This document shows, piece by piece, positions 24,501 to 36,384 of a DNA stretch of 64,000 nt (position 1 is the first letter of the stretch; every line of letters starts with the position of its first letter). The notes below the pieces were generated by a model. It was given only the letters and a program-made list of their open reading frames with translations, did not search any database and was not told where the DNA came from. The stretch comes from Perna viridis. Its lineage: Eukaryota. Both the position numbers and the translations under genes were made by a program. The stretch lies in NCBI GenBank assembly GCA_037379345.1, contig CM074514.1, forward strand, positions 6,944,001 through 7,008,000, in the 5' to 3' direction.

Positions 24501-27500
24501 CTTCAAAGCTCATTTCACTATTAAACGAAAAGACCAAAAAGTCAATGAATGGAAAATTCGGACAAACGGGCTAAATGAGTTAAATCAATAATAATATAAA
24601 CATTTTATATTTCAGTCCTGGTTACTTCTACTTCCGTTAATTTAATTGAAAAAAATACGAGCACGACTTTTATAAGTATTTGTACGCCTATTAATATGTT
24701 CTCTTTTTATCAAGGTGTCAAAGATTTTTTTACTGGTATTATGTCTTCTGACCGTATTTTGCCACGTTGTTGTACCGGTCCTCATCTCAATGTGTCCTTG
24801 CAGTCAATATAGAAAACATAGTAATACCCTAAAGTTTTCAGCCCTTTAGTACCACGTACAACCCCCAAGTCAGTGTTCTGATTTTAAGGGTGAGTTGTAA
24901 GACTTGTGTTTTAGGGACAACTTTGTCAACATTGGATGATCGATTATGATAAAGTGTAACAATACATACAATAATTGCATGGAAACCCATCCGCTATCGT
25001 CTGTCGAAATCTTGACATTACACTAGAATAAAAATAAGAATAGCTTTCTCGTACATCGGCAATGCCAACAAATTCTGTTTCACTACGCCCCTCTCCTACA
25101 ATAAGATATACGCCGTTATCTTTTAATTTCTGTGCAGCTGGCCTTGGGTCATCGTCAATTAATGAGGAAAACGAATACGAGTAAGAGTAGTAACTTTTAG
25201 CGACAGTCATGATAACTGCATCGGCAACATCTGACCGAGCCCCGTTTTGTTCTGTTAGGACGTCACTTCTAACAAATTCTAATGCTGCTTTAGGATCAGA
25301 CGAAGAATATTGTTTTGAAATTCCATTTATTACACTTTCAACGTCGGTGTAATTATTAAAAGCAAGCTTAAGTTCTGGTGGAGACGATATTGTGACGATT
25401 GAAATTCTAGTTGATGACGGGGAGACACTAAATAAACCCGTGACGTTCTTGAATAACGTCCTAACATAACTTAAGTAGGAGGAATATTCTGTTGGATCAA
25501 TAAGATAAACCATATCGAACACCTTCGGGGCACAACCTGAAACAACAACAAAAAAATGATCAGGAAACACAAAACTTTAACTATAGATTTAAGAAAATCA
25601 GGTTAATTTTGTACATATAGGCAATTTGCGATACTTGTAAATTTCATGGATTTTATGATAAAGTCATAGTTAATATGATTTTTCAATGACCTAAATCATA
25701 AAAATGGGAAATACTTCGGAAGTGATCCATAAAGTGTCAGCAAACAAAATTCGGAAAAGTACATATCATTGCCTTTGTCGGTTATCTTTTTCCATAAAAA
25801 TAATTATTCAAACATAGAAATTATTGAACATGGAGAAAAGACTATTAAATAAGCCAAAAGTCGTACATTCGCCAGCAGTGCATGATGTTGCTTCCTCGCT
25901 GCTTCCGGGGCAATTATCACCGTTTTCACTTGGCGCTGGATTGTCACATGACCTTGTTCTATATCGATTTCCGGTTCCACAAGCAACGGAGCATGTTGTG
26001 TAACTACCCCATTCTCCCCAGTTGCCATGAACAACTGAAATAAAAAATAAAAAAAATATTTAATTGCGTGTTTTTTTTTCTAGACGTTTTATGTTATTTG
26101 GTCATTCAAATGTTCAAGTTGCTGGAAATACCCTGTCGGTTCACTTGGTCCAACCTCTGGGTTTTTAGAAGAACCCGGTTTCATCATTTTTCTCTATTTC
26201 ATGTGTGTACTGGTTTATTTGATTTGCATTATTTATAGAATTGTCTGCTTTTTTATCTATTTTTTGTCCCCGAAATTCAATACCTTAAAAGTGGAAGTCA
26301 TGGCTCAATTTTCATTTTCCGCGCTTGATGAAAAAAGTAAAATATATTAACCTCTGAAACTACACTAATATCTGAGAAAATCATTTGGCTTCGAATTGAT
26401 CCCTTAATGGGGGTATAAAGATCCCTGATATTCACACTAAAGTATATAAATGGATGTTGCAGGGTGGGCCCTTCCAGTCCATGAACTCATACAAGATGCC
26501 TTATTTCGTTTAGGGGGATATCTTGAATTCTGACGCCATTTTGTTAATTGAAATCATTGTACACTTTAATTGCAATAAAATATCATATAACTTAATACCA
26601 TGCTCCGTGCTTGATATCATCACTGCAGTTTTAATTCAGATTAAAATCATAATATCTTCGTTACCTTTGCTCCCTTCGTCAAACCCATGCACATGTTCAC
26701 CACCTACCTGCTGCATTAGTTGTATGAATGAATACATCATAAGTGCAGCATGCAGATGCAAGACTAACTTCACGTACAATGTATATTGTACAATATGAAT
26801 TTATTCATAACTTTTCTGTCGGAGATCTTAATAGAAGATGGATGTATGTTGTATGTCACACTGTTTTACAGACATAATTTATTTCTGTCCTTATGGCACA
26901 TGTAAGCTGCGAGGAAATCGCGCACCATTTTACCCTTGGGTATATAGCTCCCTGAGTAGAATACATTTTGCGTCGGAAATATCAGGATATCAAAACAATT
27001 GATAGAAAAAAGTATGATTTTCAAAACTGTATGGTTCAATATATCTTGCAAACACCAAGGACAACATATGTCTTTGGTCTAAAATTATATATTGTCTTCA
27101 GTTCAAATAACCCACCTGTTGTAGTTTCGACAGTTGATGTACTGTCTGTTGTTGCGTCTGTCGATGTGTCGTCCACAGATGTAGGTTCAGTTGTAATGCT
27201 TACGGTCGTGCTTTCTGTTGTTGTGTCATCCGGAAGTGCGGGGTCAGTTGGAATGTCTACGGTCGTGCTTTCCGTTGTTGTGTCATCCGGAAGTGCGGGG
27301 TCAATTGGAATGTCTATGGTCGTGCTTTCCGTTGTTGTGTCATCCGGAAGTGCGGGGTCAGTTGGAATGTCTACGGTCGTGCTTTCTGTTGTTGTGTCGT
27401 TTGCAGCTGCGGGGTCGTCGTATATTGGCGGTGGATCGGTATCCTGGCACACAACTACCACTAAAATTCAAAGACAGATTTGAAACTTATTTGTACAGCA

Positions 27501-28575
27501 TATACCAATGAATCCCGATTTATAAATACAAGTCTCTTCTGGTGTCTTAACATACTAGACCATATACTTACCAACGTTTTTGGTTTACACTTGTGTCAAT
27601 ATTGCAAGCGTCCGTTTGTCCTTTCATGCTGACAGCGGAGGCCCAAAGCAAAAATTTAGCAGGTACCTTTTCAATACATTTTATTTAAATTTGTGGGGAA
27701 AATGCAACTGGACTTGAATCGTATTGAGACGCGGACACATGGTGACGTCCTCTCTGTGATATTATGAATGAATAAAAACGAAACTGTCATGACGCCCATA
27801 AAAATTGTTGAATATTTTAAAGATTATGTTTAAAACGTGAATTGATAAATAATGAATTGAGCAAAACATCACACAAGATACATACCTAACAAGAAGCGAT
27901 TATTTTCTTTGAATTAATGAAATATCGCTTTTTACTGTAATAAAAATACCATAGTAATGAAGTAAAGGTGTGCGGAAAATGTCAATGAAGTACTAGCCAA
28001 GTGGTCATACTTATTCTTCGTACTGCAATATGAGATATTATCGGACCTACTGAACATTTATTTAGATGTACAAAACTATTTACACTCAGTCAATACGAAA
28101 AAGTATTTGTTTCTAACCTTAAACACGGAGCACGACTCATGCTTAACAAAATTGTTTTTATTTCTTCAATTTTATTATGGTAACGTAAATTTCCCTCTAA
28201 CTTTGCCAAATTCAATGTCATGTTATGCGTTAATGCAAGCTATGAAATCGCTGTCATGTTCATTTTTTGTCAGTCATTTGTGAGTTATGAGTATACTATA
28301 TTGCATGTTCGTTTAAGGACGTTTAAAACCCCTTTTTTCCTATGATAAGGGGGGGGGGGTAGCAGAAGTTTTGACAATTCGTTATCTCTTTGTCTGTTTA
28401 AGTGGATGTCTTAAATTCTTGGATTTGCTCTTCGCCTCGGTTATTATCATATCAATATGCATGTACACAATGTTTTCAAGCATGTCATCTTAAGGTTTGT
28501 TCATTGTAACATGACATCAAACTTACCGACGTAAAAAAATAAGATACAGACACTGCACAGCGACGGAAATCTCAT
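8426..28575 (-). CDS. Multi-exon type I membrane protein (about 1148 aa): signal peptide, mucin-like repeats, TSP1, vWA, unnamed Cys/Trp domain, two cadherin-like repeats, TM, acidic cytoplasmic tail
   Basis: Exons in minus-strand 5'->3' order: 28575-28527, 27460-27116, 26703-26665, 26034-25867, 25536-24970, 24393-24325, 21277-21110, 20780-20699, 20239-20037, 14589-14413, 12347-12223, 11396-11225, 10490-10338, 9555-8426. All introns are GT-AG, the phases join into one open frame, and the total is 3447 nt (divisible by 3). Confidence 0.75.
10338..14589 (-). CDS. Four exons encoding two degenerate cadherin-like repeats (14589-14413, 12347-12223, 11396-11225, 10490-10338)
   Basis: LEENTPIG...VSDTDLGD, YIITITGQD, N-A-PP-I-NNLP...ISED...VTDATND, YRIFICCQD show the cadherin ExxxxG / DxD / NxPP pattern. 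Confidence 0.75.
12440..12620 (-). mobile_element. 3' end relic of a second Penelope-like family with structured element and (TTA)n tail
   Basis: GCAATATGG...TTCCGGAGCATCTGATGTCACTCCC...GGGAGTTCATATTGC has the same layout as the family A 3' element; an (AAT)n run follows at 12437-12460. Confidence 0.5.
13450..14040. mobile_element. Non-autonomous DNA-element (HINE/MITE-like) relic with about 240-bp internal tandem repeat
   Basis: Duplicated blocks (TGGTCAAGTAATGT...GAGGA at about 13650 and 13893; AAACGAAAA...TGTCAAC...ATAG at about 13755 and 13980). Confidence 0.45.
15504..18423 (-). mobile_element. Young 5'-truncated APE-RT LINE (CR1/L2/Jockey group) with (TACT)n tail and TCTTTAA TSD
   Basis: APE motifs IYKPP, IGDFN, LDLIL, SDVH. 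RT motifs NYRPVS, DLSKAFD, PQGS(I)PGP, YADD, NPEKFQ. AATAAA and (TTAC)n tail at 15504-15535; TCTTTAA at 15497-15503 and 18424-18430. Confidence 0.9.
15860..18420 (-). pseudogene. LINE ORF2 (endonuclease-reverse transcriptase) broken into three ORFs
   Basis: ORFs 18001-18381, 16931-17905 and 15860-16831 are consecutive parts of one APE-RT protein. Confidence 0.85.
20037..21277 (-). CDS. Three exons encoding an unnamed Cys/Trp-containing extracellular domain (21277-21110, 20780-20699, 20239-20037)
   Basis: YLYLMTD...MTCCGATSTWEFFAV...VMIFR...YYLVG...LVEGDVIGWHSPG...C...DCP; the splice phases match. Confidence 0.75.
21720..22880 (-). mobile_element. Decayed, divergent Penelope-like element (RT thumb and 3' region)
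   Basis: YDFPIVNFSFLDGD..PSYSIYISQLVRFARIC, FTKFFHRY and a frameshifted PMGTNC-like motif. Confidence 0.75.
23065..23545. repeat. 29-bp minisatellite (CTAATGGTAAGTGTGGTACCGACCCAAGC), about 16 copies
   Basis: Direct periodicity; a stray copy lies at about 23760-23790. Confidence 0.95.
24970..25536 (-). CDS. von Willebrand factor A domain exon (degenerate MIDAS)
   Basis: DMVYLID..., TRISIVT, ALEFVRSDVLTEQNGARSDVADAVIMT, AAQKLKDNGVYLIVG. Confidence 0.85.
25867..26034 (-). CDS. Thrombospondin type-1 repeat exon
   Basis: VHGNWGEWGSYTTCSVACGTGNRYRTRSCDNPAPSENGDNCPGSSEEATSC contains WxxW, CSxxC and RxRxC motifs. This frame is not in the ORF track. Confidence 0.9.
27116..27460 (-). CDS. Mucin-like Thr/Asp/Pro-rich exon with 57-bp (19-aa) tandem repeats
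   Basis: About 4 copies of DDTTTESTTVDIPTDPALP; AG acceptor and GT donor, phase 1-1. Confidence 0.8.
28527..28575 (-). CDS. First coding exon: signal peptide MRFPSLCSVCILFFYV
   Basis: ATG, hydrophobic run and a G|GTAAGT donor. It continues as VVVVCQ in the next exon. Confidence 0.7.
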
Positions 28576-29231
28576 CTCCGGTCGTGATTATTCCATATCA
28601 AATTTGTCTTGATTCTGGTATATTCCATGTAAAAAAAAATGTCCCGATTTTAGTATTGTGGAGGACTGTTTTTAGAAAAACTGAGACAGTATGTACATAA
28701 CATAGATCCAGTTAAACATAACTGAGAGGTCAAACGTCAACTTGCTTGTTTTGAAACCCGGACGAGCAACGATTAACGGACCATTTCACAATTAATTAAT
28801 TACTTGTAATAAAGATCAGTGATTTAAAGTACTGTTTACTGACAAATATTATCTTTTACAAAAATCATGGCATGTCAAAGTCAAAAGCAACACATCTGAT
28901 AAAATAAGATATATGATTTTAAATACGACTCTGTTATTTAACTCGGACCCAATAGTCACGGATTTTGGCATAATGGCAAATACGCTTTTTATTAGAAATA
29001 TGTCTTTGTAGTTTTACAAAACTTCATGGAACCTGTGGTTACACTTGCATTAAAGACTCTTCGATGAGTCTTAGCCACTGAATGTACAAGATAATCATAA
29101 TTCTAAAGTGAAGGGTATAAAGGCGGGTACGGAGACTTAAAAAAAAACCAAATGAATAGTAATAAAACACACACACGCAAGATTTTACCAGAGTAAAGAC
29201 CTTGCACACCTGTGTGGTTAACTTTCAACTT

Positions 29232-29325
29232 AGTAAAGTAAAGTAAAAGTAAAGTAAATTTTATTTAAAGTCGGCATATATGTACAAATAATAAAATAAC
29301 ACGAGCACTGAAGTGCTCTTTAAAT
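29232..29325 (-). mobile_element. Very short 3' end fragment of a LINE related to 15504-18423
   Basis: (GTAAA)n tail, TTTATTTAAAGTCGGCA and CACGAGC...GCTCTTTA match 15524-15592. Confidence 0.7.
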
Positions 29326-29532
29326 AAATAAAAAACATGCATGCACAAACTAAAAACACACTTCCATTAATGTACTGTCACATCAGTAATAAGATGCACC
29401 ACTGTCCGTCTATATAATGATAACGCGAAAAGTTTTGAGGAATCCTAAAACATATTGGCAAAATATTGCTACGATGTCTTCATTGACAAAAGCATCCGCC
29501 TAACTTTCATTGTATTGCGGTATTCGTTCCAA

Positions 29533-30975
29533 GGAGTGATCAAGGGAACCAAGATTCTAGCGGAAATCAAAAGAATGTAATCCAGGAACAAAGACCATAC
29601 ATTGAAAACAGACAAACACAACAAAGAACATAGAATAGCCAGAATATGGTCGTTGAACAAATCAATTTTTATGGTGCAGATGGATACACAGTAACGATCC
29701 ACGAGTTCATGATGACGACCATAAAATTTCTGTAGTGATCTTGTAGCAACATAACCCTGTTCCAGAAGCCTAATTGTAAGAAGTCTAGTGGGATGCATAA
29801 AGTCTGCATAGTTACAGCAAGCTCTGGCAATACGTATTTTTGTGATATAAAAACTCTACATATACGCAGGTGCTGAAGTGATGTTGCCAAAGATGAAATG
29901 AAAAGTTATCGTGTTTGCCGTAAAGTTTGGTCAATAGTTTTCCTTTACCACCGATATCTAAGAGTAGGTCAAGATATGAGGCTGACTTCACAGTATCTGT
30001 AGCATCCTTTATCTCAAGTTCTTTGAGGTACTGTAAAAGCAAAAACTTTCGTTGGGGATTAAATTTCGTTTATTTCGTGGGTAGAACAAATCCACGAAAA
30101 TATGTCCCCACGAAATGTTTTCTCCAAATATGTATTTCAATTTTAAATAAAACATTATTCTGAATTCAAATGCACTAATATGTATGTAAAATCAATAACC
30201 TTAATATCCCTCAAAACAGGCGGTCGTAATTTACTTCAACTATGTGTGCGATAGAGCGTGTTATACACAATAACGGGAGTGCCAAGCTTCCCTCTCTTTG
30301 TCATTCAATTAGCAGTAGATAAAAGATCATTTAAGAAGATGAAAACAATTATCGTGTTTACAGCTGGATGTCAAAACTTTAATAAATCACCTTAGTATAT
30401 TCAAAATATTGTTTTCATTTGCTAAGATGGTGTCGGTGCCGATGTCATCGTTTTTGTAAAACCCTTGATTTGTACATTACCGGAAACAAAAGGAAACGTA
30501 AATATTTGAGATAAAAGGGACGAACTTCTTAACTACTTTTTTAATGAATGATGTAGATGCGATGTATCAAATTCCCGAAACAACGATTGTTAAACGATAA
30601 TACGTCATCTAAATAGCGGAAACTGAGATTAAAGGATCTAGCTAAACGATGTTCCTTCTTCTGGATCAGATCAGTTATAAAGTCAGCCTCATAAGATTGA
30701 AGGAATAAGTTAGCAAAAAGAGGAGCACAATCTGTTCCCATTGGAATGCCGACCTTTGCTGAAAAACGCGTCCACCACACTGGACAAATATGTTGTCGAT
30801 AAAAAAAAAATCAGCATTTCGAAAACAAAGTATGAGGAATCTCTACCAAGGACTACATATTTATATCTAGGTGTACCGTCTGTTTTGGAATAACAACGAT
30901 GTATAATGTTTTTGAGTCGGGATTTTAACTGAGTATGGGGAATAGATGTATAAAGAGTTAAAAATCATAGGTTTT
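29533..30975 (-). mobile_element. Penelope-like family A copy, interrupted by an insertion at about 30030-30550
   Basis: GIPMGTDCAPLFANLFLQSYE, FRYLDD, KELEIKDATDTVKSASYLDL and KFYGRHHELVDRY; colinear with 6950-8110. Confidence 0.85.
30030..30550. mobile_element. Truncated MITE-like DNA element beginning TACTGTAAA with a TTTCGTGG...CCACGAAA internal palindrome
   Basis: It interrupts the Penelope-like copy. The same TTCGTGG/CCACGAA motifs occur at 33458-33641. Confidence 0.55.
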
Positions 30976-31034
30976 AATGCTAATATATGGAAGTTCAAAA
31001 ACTGAAAAAAAAGTGAGACAGCTTATCATTTTTT

Positions 31035-31366
31035 AACATATAGTAGCGAGAGGATTTACACCTCTAACCTGTCACCAGTTCAAGAAACAAAGCGAGAGGA
31101 CTTACATCTGTAACATTTCACCAGTTCAACACACAGAAGCGAAATGATTACACCTGTTAAACATACAGTATAGTGAGAGGTATGACCTATCATCTGTTCA
31201 ACATACAGTACGGTGAGAGGTATGGCCAGTCACCTGTTCAACATACAATATGGTGAGAGGTAGGACCCGTCACCAGTTCAATATACAATATGGTGAAAGG
31301 TATGACCTGTCACCCATTTAACATTCAGTATAGTGAGAGGTATGACCTGTCAGCTGTTCAGCACAC
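31035..31366. repeat. About 40-bp degenerate minisatellite, left half
   Basis: Units AACATACAGTA..GAGAGG..ACCTGTCACCTGTTC; the array continues at 35567-35890. Confidence 0.85.
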
Positions 31367-34300
31367 TGTTGAGAACTTTTAACGTCGACAATTATACCAT
31401 CGACACTACTGTTCATGTTGTCGATGTTGTAACGCTACATTTGAGAAAGGAATAGAATGTCAAACTACAGACATGTAATTTCTTCAAGTTAGCCATATAC
31501 CCTTAAACCCAACCAAATGTACGCAGATCAAAATCTTACATTTTGGTGCTGTGACCAGGTTAGAATGGATATAAAAAGTCGTTAATTGACAAAAACTTTC
31601 AACAAAGTTGAGGACGCTCAGCATTGCTCAGCTAGATGTTGACACAGAATAAGTGTCATCCTTGCTTAAATCCGTTAAGAAGAAGTCGATGCTTGCAAAA
31701 ATAGATGATCAGATAATCAGTGCACTGGGCTCAGCCAAATGAATAAATATTTTGCGAGATAGATAGCAAAATTAGCAAATACAAGGAATTTTGAAACCCG
31801 AAATCAGTACTGTAACAATCTCATCAGCATTACGCAGCGCCGCAACTGAGTTTGTATCATATTCAAATTCATATGCACATTCAAGTCAAGAAATATTGTA
31901 ATCAAGTTCACAGTTAAGTCAAAATCATAGATGCCAAAGATATCGTTACCCGAGTTTCACGGAGATATTTTAGAATGGCAATATTTCAGGGAATCTTTGC
32001 ATCCACAATTCACAAGAAATTCTCATACTTGAAAAATCAGAGGCAGCCAGCGTAATTTCAAGACTTACCATGACAAATCACAATTACAATATCGCTGCAG
32101 AACTTTTGACGAATCGTTAATGTCAAACTCAGAAAGTAATCAATACATATACATGAGAGCTCTATTAGATATGCCTGCTCCCGAGAGCGTCTAGAAAATA
32201 TTAGGTCATTTTACGACAAATCAGAGGCATACATTAGAGGACATCTCTAGGACATTGGCAGGAAATGTTCGGTTTACTGTTGATCCCCCTCATGTTAGGT
32301 AAATAACCTCCAGATTTTAGAACAAATATAACTAGAGAAAATGGTAGCTACAACTGAACGATAGCAAAGCTCAGAGATTCGATTTCCAAGGAACTGGCAA
32401 TTCAAGAATCGGGTAAGACTGACCACAGTTAATCAAATCGTATGGTTACTCATACTGCAAATTTCGTCGCTGGTGACAGAGAGAATTATGACAAGAGTAG
32501 CACAAGTCCTGTTAAGGTTTATAAACCTACAAAAATTCTTAAATAAACAGAAAACCACTAATCAGAAGAAACTGTGAGGGAACACGTCCATCAATGGATT
32601 GTAGGTACGTCACAGAACATGAGAAGCGAGTCACGATCATAAAAGAAAAGTTATGCTTCAATTGTTTCGGTGCCTACAAAGTGTTAGAGTGTAAGTCTGG
32701 ATGCGACTGTAGGAATTGCCACAGTAGACATCATACATCGCTTTGTCAAAAAGGAAAGGAAAAAACCAAAACGTGAAAACAAAGGAGACGAAAGTAAAAC
32801 TTCAATGTTTTATACATCAGCTACACAAAAAACAACTACCGTTCTATTGAAAATAGCCGTAGTCACGTTTGACAAGAATCAAGTCGAAGCGGATATACTT
32901 TTCGACGAAGGTGCTCAACGTTCAAAGGTATTAGCAATCTTGACAGAACTACAATACGGCTTAGAGCAAACAACGGAGAAATCATATCTATCGAAGTCTT
33001 AATTGTACAAAACATCACATCACCACTCCAAAACCAGTGTAGGAAACTGACCCAAAATATGTATTTTTTAAGAAACTTATCACTGGCACATCCTGTTACA
33101 GATGCAGAATAGTTCGAGTATCTCTCCTTTTAGGAATCGATTTTTACTAAAACATAGTTCAAGATCATGTGATTCGTAGAAATGGGTCGACTGTCGTAAG
33201 TTCAAAGTTGGGATACCTAATATCAGGACCCGTACCAGTACCTAAGAAGAAGAACTCCTCTTCAATGATGAACTTTTTGATTTCACATTACCAGACTAAC
33301 TATGATCTAGAGAAATTGTGGAAGTTCGAGAGCATAGATATGAAGCAAAGGAGATGGATCCTAGTACACGTAATCAGATGTCAAATGAAATGCAGAATGT
33401 CATAGAAAGTTCAATTTCAAAGGAGAACGGAAAATTTGATTTAAAGTTACTGTGAAAGTACTATTAGTCGTCGGGTACCAATTTTCGTGGTTTTCGTGAG
33501 TGAGTCAAACCACGAATGTTGGTTCCCGACAAATAGTTGTTTCCCATTGGTGTGTATACTGAAAACTTCAAAACCACGAAATCAAAAATCCAAGAACTTG
33601 AGTTTCCTCCCTGATCCACGAATTAATGTACGTCCACAGTACCATGGAAAGAAAACTCCAGAATATACCCACAAACGAGGAAAAACTTGTAAAAAGAAGA
33701 AACGAGAATGTTATTCGCCGTACCTCGAAAGACGAAAAGATCTTTAAAATATATGGAGATATTATCAAAGACCAAGAAAACAGGTTTATTGAAAAGGTGA
33801 ATGCGACAAATAATGGAAATTACCGTGTGCATTATATTCCACACCATCCTGTGAAAAAGGATTCACTGACCACGCCCATTAGAATAGTTTATAATAGTTG
33901 TTGTAATGAAAGCGATAGAAGTCCAAGTTAAAATGACTGTCTTGCAGATAACCCTCCTATAATGAATGAACTTAAATCGATTTTAACACGTTTTAAAATG
34001 GAGAAATATGCCGTCACAGCATACATAGAAAAGGCATTTTTTTTACAAATAGAATTGGACAACAAGTATAGAGATGTAACTAGATTTTACTGGCTAGAAG
34101 ACCAGCAGATTAATCAAGAATAGATTCAGGGCAGTAATAATTGGAGCAACCTGTTCACCGTTTCTACTAAGTCCAACCTTGATGAAATACCTTTAACCAC
34201 ATCAACAGAATTACAGAAAACGTGTATGCAGATAAGGAAATGAAAATCATGCAATTACAAAACGAGATGTGTCTTCAACAATCTTGGGTTAATCTCGCCA

Positions 34301-35566
34301 ATTACAGTAAAATCGAAGCTATTCATGCAAACTTTATAGAAAGAAAGTCTTAACTGGAAGGAGCTATTGCCACGAAAATTTCAAAAGAAATAGCAATCAA
34401 CTGCCAAAAAGATAGAGGAAGCGACGAAAATCGAAATTTCTTGGGGCAACTGACATCAAATGGAGGAGAACAATGTGAAACAGCTTTACACATTTTTACA
34501 GGTTCTAGCCAACCAGAGTATATAACATATTCATACTTAGTGAAAGGGAAATCAACAAATCTTATAATGTCAAAAAAATCAGAGTAGCTCTGGTGAAAGC
34601 TTCTAGTACTCTCGTGAGCATTAATAGGAGCTCGCTAAGCGAAACATTTGCAAGAATTTATAGACATACAAAAACAATATATTTCTGTTGTGACAGTCAA
34701 ATAGTGCTGTGTTATCATCATTATTATCAGAAACATTGTCGACATTTGTGTCAAACCGCATAAAGGAGATTAAAACTCCAGTAGGGAATAGTGAGTGGAG
34801 ATACTGCTATACCGACCAAAACCCAGAAGCTTGCCTGACAAGTGGAATTACTGCCGAGCAATAACAAACTCAGGGTCAAAAGACTGACTTAGTTAATTAA
34901 CAGAAAACTATGGCCGTCATGGACACGAAACATTTAAGAGTGCAGTACATTCATTGTCTACCGTCATAGATATGAATTCAAAAAGTGCAATCAAAGATAG
35001 TCAAATATAGAAAACGGACGAATTGCAAACGATAGTAAACATTGGAAACTACAGCCCGTGTGTATGAGAGGATCATCAAAGTTACAGCCGATCTACAATT
35101 TGAAGACAATGATATGTGAGCAAAATATGGAATATTTATGGTAGAAGAACTACAGGACGCAGAATTAACATAAATTCGAATTGGTTCAACGAGAGCCGTT
35201 TAGAGATGGAATTGAATATTTAAATTCTAAGTAAAGAAAGGAAGTGTCGATTGTTAGATAACTCAGGTTATTCACTGATGATTCAGGATTACTAAGATGT
35301 GGAGGAAGAATCAACAACGCCAACCTTGATTTCAATACAAAATATCTGATTCTGTTGCCTACTAAACATCACTTAACTACTCTTCAGTAAGGCATGCACA
35401 TAGGCAAATTCTACATGTAGGATTTGATTGCACGATCGAACATATCCAAGAGAATTACTTGGTCTCACGTATAAGACAGTGCGTGCAATATCACATTCGA
35501 AAATGTGTTCAATGTAGCCATATACCCCTAAACACAAGCGCTAAGTACGCAGATCAAATCTTTACG
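31367..35566 (+). mobile_element. Decayed BEL/Pao LTR retrotransposon with 5-bp TSD CACAC
   Basis: 5' LTR TG...CA at 31367-31540 and PBS TGGTGCTGTGACC at 31544. Coding remnants: gag PKISLPEFHGDILEW, Zn knuckles CFNC...CRNCHSRHHTSLC, protease ILFDEGAQRS, RT YIPHHPVKK...IRIVY and IEKAF, RNase H FVSNRIKEI/WRYC.TDQNP, integrase N-terminus LLRCGGRINNA. The 3' LTR remnant at 35513-35566 matches the 5' LTR end; CACAC at 31362-31366 and 35567-35571. Confidence 0.9.
33458..33641. mobile_element. MITE-like insertion within the BEL element
   Basis: TACT...ACAGTA ends and internal TTTTCGTGG / CCACGAA inverted motifs; it interrupts the pol frame. Confidence 0.55.
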
Positions 35567-35890
35567 CACACAATAGAGAGAAGACTTGTAACCTGTCGCC
35601 AGTTTAACATGCAATAGGGAGAGGACTTACACCTGTTAACGGTTTAACCTGAGAGGACGTACATCTATGACCTGTAACCTGTTCAACATATAGTAGCGAG
35701 AGGACGTACACCTATGACATATCACCTGTTCAACATACAGTAGCGGGAGGACGTACACCTATGACCTGTCACCATTTTAACAAACAGTTGCGAAAAGATT
35801 TACACTTGCAACCCGCACAATAGCGAGAGGACGTTCACCTGTTTAACAAACAGTCGCAAAAGAATTTACACCTGTAATCTGTCACCAGAT
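35567..35890. repeat. Degenerate minisatellite, right half (same family as 31035-31366)
   Basis: Shared GAGAGGAC..ACACCT..ACCTGTCACC..TTCAACA units. Confidence 0.85.
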
Positions 35891-36055
35891 CAGATCAGAT
35901 TTTTTATACTTCTCTACCAGGCTCTAACAAAGATGTATTACTATCATCATAATGATATATTTTGGTTAGTAACTGGTACTTGATTGAAACAATAGACAAA
36001 ATACAACAGCTATAACAAGACACGGATCCAGTACATATCGGTTTACATTTTGAAA

Positions 36056-36383
36056 GAGTAATCAAGGGAACCAAGGTTATAGCGGTAATCAAAAGAATGT
36101 AATCCAGGGACAAAGACCAGACATGGAAAACAGACATACACAACAAAGAACATAAAATCATACATACAAAGTAACAAAAGCAAATGAGCAACTCGGACTC
36201 CACTAAAACTGGAAACAGACCAGGTGCACCGGTAGGGTAAGCCTCCTCTGCTTTTCTAGAAACACCCGCCGGGTTGCTAATAAAAAGTCAAGTCCGAAGT
36301 AGACAAACGAACAAAGGAAAACTATGACCCGTTGAATAAATCAGTTTTCATGGTGCAGATGGATACACCATAACGATCCACGT
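36056..36383 (-). mobile_element. 3' fragment of Penelope-like family A, inserted in a 49-bp satellite
   Basis: Reverse complement of 7773-8110; satellite units lie on both sides. Confidence 0.85.
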
Positions 36384-36384
36384 T

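Noticed and set aside
25804-26034. ORF-track peptide MFMATGENG...
   Set aside because: Wrong frame; the same interval encodes a TSP1 repeat in another frame.
27568-27630. Possible extra exon (strong GTAAGT donor at about 27571)
   Set aside because: I found no convincing acceptor and frame that fit the phase 1-1 context; the model is complete without it.
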